A stretch of 64,000 nt of DNA from the NCBI GenBank assembly GCA_040954595.2, contig CM082596.2, positions 248,001 to 312,000 of the forward strand. The letters run 5' to 3'. This DNA comes from Balanoglossus misakiensis. Lineage: Eukaryota; Animalia; Hemichordata. Under the pieces are notes generated by a model. It had not been told where the DNA came from, did not search any database, and saw nothing but the letters and a program-made list of their open reading frames with translations. Position numbers and translations under genes: made by a program. This document shows, piece after piece, positions 1 to 13,672 of the stretch (positions are counted from its first letter, which is position 1; each line of letters opens with the position of its first letter).

Positions 1-2278
1 GAAGTCACACGATGTGTATTAGTCACATGGCAAAATCAAGGTCCCCTTTTACAGATGGGATCATTTGTATCTCTTTCCATATATTTATACATGTAATAAA
101 ATTGGTGGATGAAAAGACAGTTGATATTGTTACTGCTAAGATAAGAAGAGTACATGTATATCTTGTTGACTACAACTCAATAGTAGACCAACATGGCAGT
201 AAAGGCCCAACTATAGTAACTTGAAACTCCCACTGGCAAAACATCAATGCTTGTCCTATGTCCAGAAGACATCATCCTCTAATAGTGAGACCAGTAATCA
301 AGCAACTGTACCACGATGCCATTTAGGTTAATGGATCTATCACTCAGTAAACATATCAGAGGAAACAGACTTGCCAGGAGCCCAGCATTGTTTTCATTTC
401 ATTTGATCGTGCCTCCTTTAATTAATATCATGGCACTGCAATCCATCGGTGTTACATTCGAGAGGAAAATATATTTTCCTATATCAATGGTTTACTCTAT
501 TTTCCCCCAAAATGGATGATAACGAAGCAACTGTAATTGCCCAACTGCTGAATAGGTAAGTATTAACTTTGAGGGCTGTAACTAACTGGTCCCCTTTAAT
601 GATATGCTCAAAATGCTCGGCACATTATCGATTGTAAATGAAACCACTCAATTGAAAATGTTGGTGACGTTATTTTCTCATAACCTTAAGATCAAATTAC
701 ATTGAATAATGAGAATTGGATTTTTGTGGCGTCATGCTATCAATAAACTCGTTGAAACAAACTACATGTATGAACACGAAAATGGCAGATGTTTCAAATC
801 TCTCTGTTGCAAAGTAAAAAGGAGTAGTGCATTTTAATGCACTTCATGGGCAATGGGATTTCATTTTGTGCTATATCAAAACTCCACATGCAGATGAAAA
901 TAGTCCACTGAGAGATATTGTGTGTCATGAGGTCAGTATATCCCACTTGAATATATGGTGTATCATTAAAATTTGAAGCTACGTTAACTAAATCTGGTCT
1001 GTGATTCCAGTTTGGTATAAGGCCAAAAACCACAGATTTAAAGATGTTATTTTAAGCAATATATAAAAGTTGCAATCTAAAGTGATAATAATTATAATAA
1101 ACCCATACACATTGATTTCAGATTTTCAATGTCAGAGAACATTCAGCAATCGTCAAAGATTAAAAGCGGTCACAACCCACACTACGCATTGGGAATTAAG
1201 GTAAGAACACTTTTCGCAATTATACTATCCCCTGGGGTTGATACTACGTTTAACACAAGAAAATGACAGCTTTGGTCAGACATCTGTCACATCACACTCC
1301 CAATCAATTATAGATCGCTTTAATTGATATGTTGATATTATTCGATTTGCATATGGCGTGCTTCAATGCACGTATTGCCTCCATGAGACGTAAATTACAA
1401 GGCGGTGTAAAGTATTTTGAAATCCAATCTCGCAGGTGTTGAATAGGTGATGTAAAAGCTTGATCTGAGAAATTTCAGGAAAGTTAATAAAGAAGAGGTT
1501 TTGGCACTGAATCTTCTTTTTCAACTGGAAGGGAATCTTCCATGTTCTGTTATGGTGAGTGTGAAAAATAAGTCACAACAAGAATGAAGCAGTTGTCCCT
1601 CGTATAACAGAATAGGGATTCTCGATTCTGTAAATTAACACCGAAGGAAAAACCAAGTTCTTTGAGCTTATTTTTGACATCCGTACTATATATACTTTCA
1701 TGAGTCGCATGGCGTTGTAAACAAGTACGGAACTCCTAACATTCCATCTGAGAACTATTTGATGTAGAAGTCAATAGGGATTGTTGTGAAGCGCGGATAA
1801 GTGGTAGCTTTTGAATATATACAAATTTTTCAGCACTTGGTTTCATGAAGTTTCAAAACAATTCTTACAAATCATGTGCATGCGTGCACACACACTTTTG
1901 AATACATGTATTTTGCTGTATTGAGGGCCTTGGCCCTTCACAAGTTGCTATACCTTAATGGGTTTGATGAAAACAGCGAATGTGCATGTATGCTGTAAAT
2001 CAAAGCCATATGGCTCACAAAAATGGAATCAAAACTCAAGTACATCCAACAAAGTAATAATGTTTCAAACACAAAGAGTTCGTCTGTGACCCTGGGAGTT
2101 GTATATGTATCAATGGTGTTAACAGTCGCCATGCCGATCGGTCCACAGACTATAAAATATACTTTTTTGCTCGGAATGCTCACCAGCTTTTTGTAACCGG
2201 TTGTGAATACACCTCATTGCTACTAAAACCAATGAAACATGAATAAAATCATTCAGACTAATATTTCTTGCACCTTAC

Positions 2279-2567
2279 CTTCAATGAAGAAGGGCTATAC
2301 TGATGAACACTGCCCAGTTAGGACATTCTCCTGCAAATTTCTGCGTGCCAGTCTGTGACTATAGGCTTGCTTAATCTCAACGCATAATGACAACCTGGCT
2401 GCGACTCAAAGTTTTAGATGGAAAGTCTTCTCGCCGCAAGGAAGTAATAAACGTGTCAGCCCCTCGTGTTTTCTGATGATCATTTAAAAGCAGCACAGAA
2501 TGTATTCCAAATGTGTGCGTCAGCGATGAACCAATAACATCTATCATACGCCCATCTCCTCTCAAGT
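2279..2567 (-). other. Candidate 5'UTR/first exon of a minus-strand gene continuing left of the window
   Basis: Strong donor GAAG|gtaagg at 2279/2278 in a locally CpG-richer segment. Possible acceptor gtttcag| at 2567, or a promoter (TTTAAA, CCAAT, TGCGTCA, TGCGCATG at ~2483-2590). Confidence 0.35.
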
Positions 2568-5500
2568 CTGAAACTTCATTTGCGCATGAGCAGATGACAA
2601 TTTCCTCACACAAACAACTTTCAAGAGCAAGAGAGGGCGATAGCAGACATACAACATTTTGTAAACAGCAAATTACGTCAGTATTTTCCTGCTTTACCTT
2701 ATCCAGGCCAGTTTGCAGGTTTCTATTCTCACTCCAAGAGATTGACCAGCTGCTGACATGAAAAGGCGCCTTTTAAATGTGTTCTAATTTTAATTATGAG
2801 AACCTCAGTGTTAGAGTTAACCAGAAACAGAATACATTAACGCGGTGAATTTCTACGAATTCACATGCTTGGCGTCCTCTATTATGAAACAAAGTGAGAA
2901 CAGGCCAAGGCTGCATCACAAAAGTGAGACATCACCTGGACTTTATCTAGCAACATTTATCTTTTACGTTACAGTTATTGCTTAGCGGCCAGATAAAATT
3001 ACCTGCAATATAGACTTTATAAAATCTCATGAATTGTTCTCTACTGAGCATGAAATTTCAATTTATGTTATTGATGTACCTATATAATTAATTCGCTGCA
3101 TTTCCTTACCAATATGACAGTAGCCACTTAATTCAGATGTATTATTTTTGTTATTTATTAAATATTAGTTGTGCAATAATGTTCATGCAGCTGATTTTAG
3201 AAAGATAGACTGACGATATCTATCGTAACAAACCACGATTTAAAATAACTCATTAGCAAGCCATGCAGCTGTGCATATGTTTCTACAGTACATCAAATCA
3301 ACACATGTATGAAATCAATACAGAACAAATCTAATACCAGATGAACTCTGTGTAAAGGGCGCCGTCATTTGTTGCATTCATTGCATTGAGGGCAACTAAT
3401 CCTGGAGCATGTTAATCACCGGAGAAATAAGGAAATCACGTACACTGGAGCTGAACAACATTTTGAAAGCGGACCATAATATTAATCCAGAAATCTCATT
3501 TCTCTATCTGTTTGAAATGTAGTACAATATTAAGTTTGATGAAAGATAACACAACTGCTCAGGATTGCTGTTAACCTAACGGTAAAAGCTCAGTAGCAGA
3601 TCATTGCAACGCGGTAATAGTGGATTCAACGCTCAGAGCAGGTTTCATATACAGCCATTCTATCACATTAAACACAATTAAAACACCTATGAAAATCAAT
3701 ACACCTCGCTGACAAGGTGTTACACATTCCACATGACAATGTTTGATCATAGAAAATTATATATCAAGCATGTTTTAAGGCAAATAGTAATCGATGCAAA
3801 GATAGTATAGCAGCCATTTACATGTATATGAACATTACATTTACAACGGACGCATGAAAACATGTTACAATGAAGAATGCTGACTACAATATGGGAAAGA
3901 ACATCAGGGACGTCGTATGTTAATAGCCTACATGAGGTATCAAAGTATACACTACAATATGTTGCATTCTCCATAGCATCTATTTGCACACAACCGCAAC
4001 ACCATGCAGCTTACTCCACATTACAACAGAACTCATCTAGCGTATTAAAGCATGTAAACTGATGCAACGTCGCATGATTACTTTAGGTTGTCGCTTAACA
4101 CATCACTACTACGCCTTTTGTCACGTCACATCATATGAAATATCTTATCACGTAATACATAGTTCTATTTCATATTATTTCATATCATAACCAAACTTTG
4201 GTTCAATCAGTCTGAATAAGATTGCATCCCTTTCTATCTACCGGTAGTGCGGAAACCTTTTACTTTATCATTAAAGTGCGGATTTACAGTTGTTCAATGA
4301 GCTTTGTTAGATGAAAATGATAAGTAACTTGTGCCTTTTATGTATCCTGATACGCTTTGGCCATACAGAAACATTCTATGCTAAAATTAACGAGTTAACA
4401 CAAAATGCGACGGTGGCTTTTTCCTGTTACCGGCTGACTAATAGCCTGTTGGAAATTCGATGGAGATTAGTCTCTTGACAAGACTTTGCCTTGCCAGCGT
4501 CTCTGTCCATTTGTCTCTTTGCTCGCTTGAGAATATGCATCCATCCATTAGCTTTACTAGTATCAACCTAAACCATGATTTCTTGAGGGGTAATGTCGTA
4601 TAACAATCTCTGATTTCTTAAGGGGCAATAAAATCTAATTAAAACGAAAACTTATGTGTTCGTAACGATCAATTTAAAAAGCATCAAATGCACTCTTTCG
4701 CTTCAGTAGTTTGTAATGTGTTGGTTTGACAATGCCGCAGGGAGTTTTTTTGAGGATACGAGTCAAACCCAACTTAAAGCAGTATCTTAGAGCCGTATCA
4801 TTACTTTTTCCCTGAGTTAGAAAGAATTTGATAACATCAAGAGAATATGTGGAAAGACATACTGATCCATAAAGACGGTGTCTATTTAATCGACAGAGCA
4901 TTTTTTGGCCGAGTATTTCATTAAAATGCGTCACCCTAGGCGATATCAGTGAGCATTACATGATGCTAAAATTTGAGATTCGACACAAGTGGATTGCATC
5001 CGATCCTGAAATAGTCGCATTTGAGTTTTGAAATACTAGTAATGCCTTGATCCATGTGTCAGTTTAAAAAACCCTGGAAATAAGGATAAGTGCTTCCTAA
5101 TTTGACTAAACCCTTGTCACACAAGGTTACTATATGCTCTAAATCATGTTTCATGCCTTGAAACTATATCCTCTATGTATTCCTTTAGGTCAAATTAACA
5201 GTTCTAGTATGTGCTTGTAATTACGTTCACTCGACGCGACGGGTTTAAACACCGACGAAATCATCAGGAACAATTAAGAAAACCAGAGCTTTCTCCAGGA
5301 ATGTTGAAGTACTCTCAGGTGGCACATAAAATTTAACATGCGTTACAAGTCTTTGCAGTCATCACAAGGGAGATAAGGTATGTGAATATGTTGAATAGGT
5401 GTCTTTGGAAAGGAAATGCTTGCAATGAATTGTCTGCACAAAGTCGGACAACCGACTATGAAGGTTTTTCATTTTAACCAAACAATTATTTTACCATGTG

Positions 5501-6507
5501 GAAAGCTGTGACGCTTTTTAAATTATGCAGTGTTAAAGGAACGACTGGTTCTGCATGAAAAGGTGACGATGATCAGGTTCTGAAATGTACTGAGCTAAAA
5601 CTGTACATTGCGAGATGCAAGACAGTCACAGGGACTGACATACAGAAAGAACACAAATGGCAGCCACGGAGACAGACAAGCACATAGGAAAGATAAACAT
5701 ATAGGAATGAAATGTATCTTATTGCTATTCATCATAGGGTATTTCTCTTAATATGTCATTCATATTTCAAGATCATTACACTGATGTGCATAGCTAACAT
5801 CAAAATACTGATGATGTGGAGTTTACCTACCGACTTGGCTATAGTCAATTGCAAATGTTGTCCGATTAGGTGGGAAGTTTACAGATAAATCTCCATGAGG
5901 AGGTCACTAGTGGAGTGTTGATATCCTCACAATGTTGCTTGGCTTCCCGGCAAAGAGTAAATTACATGGAAGTCAAAGCCATCGCCAGACTTGAGTAAGG
6001 CCAGTGAGAATGCAGGCGTACACGTAGTAGCGAAAATGTCACATCAATGCTACTATGCTATTTTCGCAACAACAGAGATTGGATGTTGAAGGTAAAAGCA
6101 TTTCCAACTGAAGATAGTTTTTTTTTTTGATGATTGTATTTATCTGCGCAGATTATAACGTTAATGATTGGTTGCTAAGGAACGAGTTACCGACAGAGTA
6201 TACGTAGAACGTCCCGTGTCTTGGCCAGTAATTGAAGTTGTCTTTTCTTCCTGTACTTTCCACTTAGTCTGCAGGAAGTGACTCAAATATCAAATCAACT
6301 AGAAAATATCCATCGTAGCTAATTTTCATAACTATGTTTCTGGATTATATAAAGTCATGAGAGCAAACTTGGCTAATGGCTGCTTTTATGACCGATTGGA
6401 CTGAAACCTCTTGGGTGCAATTAACTAGCCACGTATTATTACCTATGTGTTGTATTCTATTATCGTTTACGTTCACACATGGACATAATGGCTTTGCTGT
6501 GCATCAC

Positions 6508-6572
6508 TATCTATAAGTGTTAATGAAGTCTACCAGTAAGGTAGATAGATATCTATAAGTGTTAATGAAGTC
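6508..6572. repeat. 23-bp perfect direct repeat with 19-bp spacer
   Basis: tatctataagtgttaatgaagtc at 6508-6530 and 6550-6572. Confidence 0.9.
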
Positions 6573-9500
6573 CGAGTCTAAGATCGGTAACCCAAGTAAG
6601 CGTGCCATCTCCCAATACTAACCTGACAAATGTATTCATAAAGAGTTTAAACTGCAGTTCAACAAGATTACAGATAACCCATCCCGTAGAAACGATTGTA
6701 AAAAGTAGAAACTGAAATTTGAAGCCTCAAAACATTGCAACCTAACCAATCGAAGGGAAAGTTGTTTGTGAAAGAGTATTAGTTCAATCATGAAACATTA
6801 ATGGGTATGAAGGATCTGGTTTCAATGTGGAAAATGCCATTTCTTTAATTCAAGACAGAACACTCCCATGTATACTTTATACTTTGAAAGACTAATCACA
6901 ATCCATCGCCAAAAAAATGCAAAGGAAAAAATAAGTGCCATCTACTCTGTTGTCTCGACAATTATCACATTGGGTACAAGCACACAGTGGATTTTCCTAA
7001 ATATGCATAATTTTCATTTGTGAACTCTAACATTTGTCTGTTATTTTCATGATTTTGTTCTATCCACCAACTGCAGATTCTTGTCCTACTCTGTGCCATG
7101 GCAAACTGCCTCAATTTACTTGTTAACACAATCTATGTATGCGTACCAACCATTGACTTCATGTCCGGACGAGCATTAACACTCATTACGGTAATTCTAT
7201 ACATATGGACCGCGTTGGTATCAACTACTGGACATTGTGTCGTACATTAGTAATTTTAAAAAAGTACTGCTTAAAATGCCAAATGTCATAGTTAATAGAG
7301 TTTTAAAATCAAATGCACTACAGTCATGACTGTCTTTGTCAACTTGAAAATGTCCAGATTAATGTCCAGTGATGTGTTATAGTTAGTAACGCAGTACGGT
7401 ATGACATATGAGCAACGTTGAAAATATTTACAGGAAACTAATTTGAATGAAAAGGCATTGATGTAGGTATGCACATTGTTAACATTGAAATGGGAATACA
7501 AGTTTGAGAAGGTGGGCATTAAAGTAGGAATATAACGAAAGAAGATTTATATTACATGCCTCCCCTAAAGACCTAACATTAACACTTTGAAGCTCAAGGT
7601 GAGGGACGGGTAAAGGTCGAAATGCCGAAAGTACATTATGCTGTGTTTCTGCAAACCTCTTTAACACAAGCAACGGGAAGACACTACTTTTTTCTCCTTT
7701 AGATTTGTATTCGTAACCGGAAATTATGCTTCATGTTGTGAATGTCTATAATTTCTCAATCAAATTTCCATTAAACAGCAGGTGTGGAGCAGATTTTCAA
7801 ACTAATCTCAGCTCACAAAACACACACAGTGGGACATCCGTAAGTTTGATCGAAGAAACCATTTTGAAGTAGAGGGGTGTTACAATTTCATTGATAATAG
7901 CCATTACGATATATACACCCAAAAGACTCGATAGTGCGACATTTTGTAGAGAAATTCCCCAGTGAAGGACAATCAGAGTTTTTTGCATTTTTATTGTCAC
8001 ACATATTTAATCTGCTCCTCTCGAAAATATGCAATTCCAGACTTCAAGTCAAGACTTCGCTTACATTGATGAAAATGAGTGCCACTTGAATTTTCTGAAA
8101 GCTATACAGAAATTTCATTTTGTTTTTATCTGTCGCTTGTATACGTATTTTTGCAACAACAAGCAATAACACTTGCAATAACACTTGCCATAAAAACAAA
8201 ATCAAGGAAACGAATTGTTATTGCAAATGTGAATGTCTCAAAACTTGAAATACCCTGAGGATTTTTTCACATTTAAAATCTTTAAACACCATTACATACT
8301 CAATGACCTAAATATTATGACTATGTTTCAAGGTGCTGTTGGGCAATTGAGATTGTTATAAAGGGAAGCTTGTTCCACTTGTAGCAACGTCTATCATATC
8401 CCAGTTGGTAGAAATTATGCTTTAGAAACCTCATCAATACATTTCAAACGCCAAGGCAATTTGCTGAATAACCAATAACCATTATTAGATGATGCCAACA
8501 AGGAAACACCTCAGACACACCGACATTTATCAATTACATTTTGTCTACTCTCCTCAGTGGAGAGTGACAAGATGTAAAAGACAGGACTATCAATTTTTCA
8601 GATCCATAGGAAAGAAGGGCTCAGTGTTGGTTTCCCCTTTTGGATGTTAGTTGGATATAAAATTGACCATAAGCGAATTTGATTCAGTGGGTTTGACGGC
8701 TTGTTAGTTCGTGTTTAGTACAAAGTGTAAGTGATCTCAAGATGGCGACTGTACGTGATATTGTAAAAATAACCTTTGCTATTTGATCTTTCTGACAAAG
8801 TTAAGGATTCTCATCAATAGCTGACAAAGCCACTTTATCCATGGCTAAATTTAACCAAAGTTTAATGTTTCGAAGAAAATTGAAGTAAACTAACGACCTT
8901 CAAGAATTGTTGTCTCTTTATCTGCCATGCGTGATGAGATGATAGTACATTTTTCATATATATGCGTTAATTACATAGCTTTGGCTGAAAACCACTCTGA
9001 CCTTGGACAAATTTGACAACAGTGTTGACGTTTTCTGCACCACTTATACTATTACTCCATCCATAAACCCATATCTGAGAGCATGTCATGAGTTTATTTT
9101 AATATCAACAGTAATCACCCACACAAACCTTAACATATTGACACTTTTCTCAAGAACATTCTACTACTAGTTGGAATCAAAGCAAAACACACTGTGGTAC
9201 TCCATGGATAGCTTTGCATAATACATTATGTCTCTCTAATTTATCGACTTTCACACATTCATAATTGGGTTCTCTCATCTTCACCCAGATGGGATATACG
9301 ACGACAATGCCTAGTTTTGTACAGTTAGTGCAGACAGCGGAGTTAACATTATCCCTTTGTTCGCTCAAGCTGGATTTCAGGCCACCTCAATGAAAATGTT
9401 GGTGAAGCGTTAGGTTTAATGCCGTCAGCAGAGGCAAGCCTGTTGTACAGCTACTATGGGTCAATGAGGTTTTGTCCTAGAAACAGTGACAGGGTGAGGG

Positions 9501-12500
9501 CACATGCTCCAACAGCAAATGCACGTCTTTTAGAACTTCAAATATCCACCTGAGTTGTGTTTTGAGAGTGGTGACAGAATCAGTAAATAAGCTATACTAT
9601 AGGCTGCCAGAAAATACGGCAGTGGTACTATTCTGACAAACATTAATTTCTTCGAATTCACTTAATCTACGTCAGTCGACAGTGCGTCATTCATTTTGTC
9701 TGAGGTTTAATAACACAGTAACAATCACATTTGCAGTTACTATTCTGTTGTTGTTCGACTGTAAAGAATGAAACTTGTTCAGTGTAATTCAAACAGAGGT
9801 TCCCTAAATCCAGGAATCCATTGTTGTTACCAACAAATTCAACATTGTTCGTCATTTGATCTCTCTCAATGATGAAATAAAAACAGTATTTAATCAAATT
9901 ATCCCGACTTATTACGCCTACAGAAAGAAGAGTAATCTTGGGGCCAACGCCAACCATTCGCCAAATTTGTCAATGGCGCTTTTCGTAATTGAATAATTTC
10001 ACTCGATCAACAATTGCAATATACTAATCACTTACAATTTTGTCCATAAAATCTACCATGGTCTGCTCATCGCAAACACTAATAATATTGCAGCATCTAT
10101 AGGTAAATTTACTGGCTGTAATTTGAGTGATCCAGCCTACTCCAAATTCGTATATTGAAGTATTTTTGACGCCGAACACATCACTTTTGTTTGCTACCAA
10201 GCAATTAATGAAATGAAATTTCGAAACAAGCATCAGATATGTCCAAAGCACTAAAAATACTGCCATTTTGTGATACAAGTATTTGAAATGACATATCTCT
10301 AATTCTGTTGCAGATACGAGATAACAGAAGCTTATATGAAATTGCCTGCAGCAGAAAAGAAACCATGGAATGAAATCAGTGAACAATAAAAAAGTCATAC
10401 AAATGAAAATGATTAAATTTTAACATTGTCTCGATTTTAGAAATTTTTGTGATGTGAAGGTTGATATCATATATTTATGGCGCCATCACCACAGAAACAT
10501 AACATCTGACAAACTCGAAGGTTTGATGTTGTTACACATGAGTATAGAGATGTTTGTTACAACGTATGTGTTGTCACTCCGAACTTATCCCTCAAACTGT
10601 TAAGTTGCTGTATGTTAATAGAGATCTTTGGAACAATTATTCCCAATGGTCGATATGGCATATCAACATTCGTTGCCAACGTGTACTCACTGGGCCATAT
10701 CATATTAAATGCGCAGATGCTTGTTTAATTTGTTTACATATATTGCTATGGTGATGAAAAGTTCATGGTCACAAATAATTCACGGTCTTAAATCTTTTAA
10801 GAAGACTACGAAATTATCACAAGTACTCATATTAAACTGTCACATAAAATCATCACAAAGTAATATCTGTAAACTTGAGATTTCTTTGCTAATTGAAAAT
10901 GTACAGACCATGTGCACTTCACTGAACATGTTACTTCTGATATCTCTCTGCATACACGAGACATACTACAAGATTTTGATCGCTTCACGATATATACACA
11001 TGACCGAAGCTTGCGTAGTGCAGTTGGTTCCTGCTTTGTCCCCGAAGTATGAATATTTATGATTGATACATGTCAAATGTACAATTTTATAACAAATTCA
11101 TGTTATGGTCCACTGTTCATTGCAACTACGCATTTAATATGTGATATGTGAACAGCACTCGTTCGGCATATGTAGTTGAGCTGAAATAGTTAATATGTTG
11201 ATCCATGTCAGCTATGTGTAAACACATTGGTGAACATTGATACAGAGCTATAAGACATCTGAGTCTGGGCAAAAGACATGTTCTCAATTTTCCATTTAGC
11301 AATCATGAAAAAAGATGAAAGAATATGCATCATTTGCCAAGCAATCAACACGAGCACAATATTTACAAATTGTAGATTTCCCTAGAGTAAGACACTCATT
11401 TTCTTAGAATAATACACAAGAAACTAATGTGCAGTAGGAATATTTGTCAGTTCATAATGTTGACATGGATACCTTCTTAAATAAAGTAATATAATACAAG
11501 CACGAGTGGAGGGGTTTCGTGGTAGTATAGTTATCAGATATCGCGGTGGCTCCTTTCTCCTACATACACAGTGCACATATCTTGTGCCTTCAAGATATTT
11601 GTTTTTGTGTGGAGAATGGGTTTGGGTGCCATACAATAACGTTTACATGTAATGGATTGTGTCACATATTCAGTCTTGCAAGGGAATATTAGCTTTATAA
11701 ACTATGGCGGCAATTACTTACTTTACATTGATAGAGAAAAAGCACTTGGGAGGTAGAAAAAGGCAGGAAGGGAGCTATTAAAGTCCAACTATAGACAGCA
11801 GAGTATTTCGATATTTGTGTGCAGTTGGTTTACGCTTACTTGAACACTTCCATGAGAGTTTTAACTCCTGCAGTTCGCATTTCTATAGAAGCGTGACTGC
11901 AAATGCATTAATTTTGAACTTATGACACAAAACTCTCAAAAGCATGAAATAGATAGGAATTACTTAGTGATCTAAACGTGTCATCCCATGTGATTCTACC
12001 TCTTAATTTGGATTATACAGTAAGCATAATTAGCTTTATCAATTTAAATGCGGGGTATAGCGCGATAGAGTTTGATAAATCCCTCTGTCTCACGGGTAGC
12101 TGTGTACATGAGCATATTCATTGTGCCTGCTGATGCGTGTCTGTTTTAGTCGGTCATTACAGTGCCTATCATTTTGGCACATGACATAATCATCTTTTAC
12201 GAAGGGCGACAATTGCGTTTAACATGAGACTGTACGAGGGATTTCATGGAAAATAAACTCGGCATCAATATTTTTTATTGCTTCCGATATATACAAAAAA
12301 TAACCGGAGGGATATCTGGTAATTCTCAGAATTGTGGTGATTTATCTATCTCTGCAAAACACAATGAAGATGTTGATTTCACGAAGAGAAATTCTACTCC
12401 CATAGAGTCTGCCATATGGGTGGCAACAATTCAGGCTGAGCAGAATGTTGTTTATCACCTAGCACCAAGGATCCTTTCATTCATACACCAAGTATCAATC

Positions 12501-13552
12501 ACGACTGTTTAGCCTTACGCGGCACACTCTGAAAAACTCTAAATCATGGTTATGGTTGACTTGCATGGATTACGAAACGAGTGTCGCTTCATGCTTGATA
12601 CTTTACTGACCTACTTGATCAGCATGTCTTAATCCGAACATAAATTCCAGTGATACAAATCTGATCTATTTTGAGAGCAACGCGCTTGGCAAAGGGGATT
12701 TCAGTGAACTCCCAGATAGGAAATCACAAGGAAACAGAAATGAAATTAGCTATGAATATGGTGACCATTTTTGTTATTAATGAAGAGGTATATCTAGTAC
12801 TTCATAAGTTGATAAATTCAACAGTCAATATGGTAGCGAAAAAAAAAATCAAATTTAATGTTCTGACCATGCGCATAACAATCAACTGCGGTATGAAAGC
12901 CTGTCTGATTATTCTATCTATTTCTCCCGTAAAAGAACCAGACTTGATTTGATTTTCATTAACTTCAGAGTATATGTTTAAATAGTAAAGTTATATTACA
13001 TGACAAGTTGTACACGCCTTTGTAATGAACAGTTTATTGTGTTCCATCAACTTTGAACAAATATCGTACTCATAAAGAAGCGTGACCACAGGCAATGAAT
13101 GCAATCAAGCACACGTATTGAGAATCTGGACAATAATTGATTGAAAATAAAATAATTTCCAATGAATACTATAGCGTGTTCATCAATTGCATTATTAAAA
13201 CACAAACAAGGGTCTAGTCTATTAATCGTAGTCAACCGTATGTGTACTTTTTATCAATTGTTCCGTGTACATGTTCAGTAAATGTCAAATGGCTTTTCAA
13301 ACATGTTTGTGACTCAACCGAGTAATGGTGTCACGGTATAGCATTGTGTAGTAGCCGTAAGCTGGCTTTATAGCAAATGGATGAATTCGTATGAAAGAAG
13401 AAATTGCCGATGATTGCAGTGTTTTAAGTATCTTTCACAATGCGAGTGTGTTAACTAAATCTATATTTAAAAACATTTGCTTTATATGCCAATTAACAAT
13501 TAATTTCATGACAGTAGAATTGCATCCTTATGTGGCCAGATGTTCATAATTT

Positions 13553-13672
13553 TGAGTGAGTGAGTGAGTGAGTGAGTGAGTGAGTGAGTGAGTGAGTGAG
13601 TGAGTGAGTGAGTGAGTGAGTGAGTGAGTGAGTGAGTGAGTGAGTCAGTCAGTCAGTCAGTCAGTCAGTCAG
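13553..13672. repeat. Compound microsatellite (TGAG)23(TCAG)7
   Basis: Read directly. Confidence 0.99.

Noticed and set aside
2839-2868. acgcggtgaat, a partial match to miR-124, in a small hairpin
   Set aside because: The seed (taaggcac) is absent and the stem is only 7 bp.
6660-8130. Segments that look like old dispersed repeats (also ~800-1060, 30630-30730, 31740-32050, 40570-40890, 63650-63860)
   Set aside because: Only weak by-eye similarity and no definable TIR/TSD. Needs RepeatModeler/RepeatMasker to call.
11009-11060. tRNA A-box-like tagtgcagttgg
   Set aside because: No B-box or cloverleaf follows. At most a SINE scrap.
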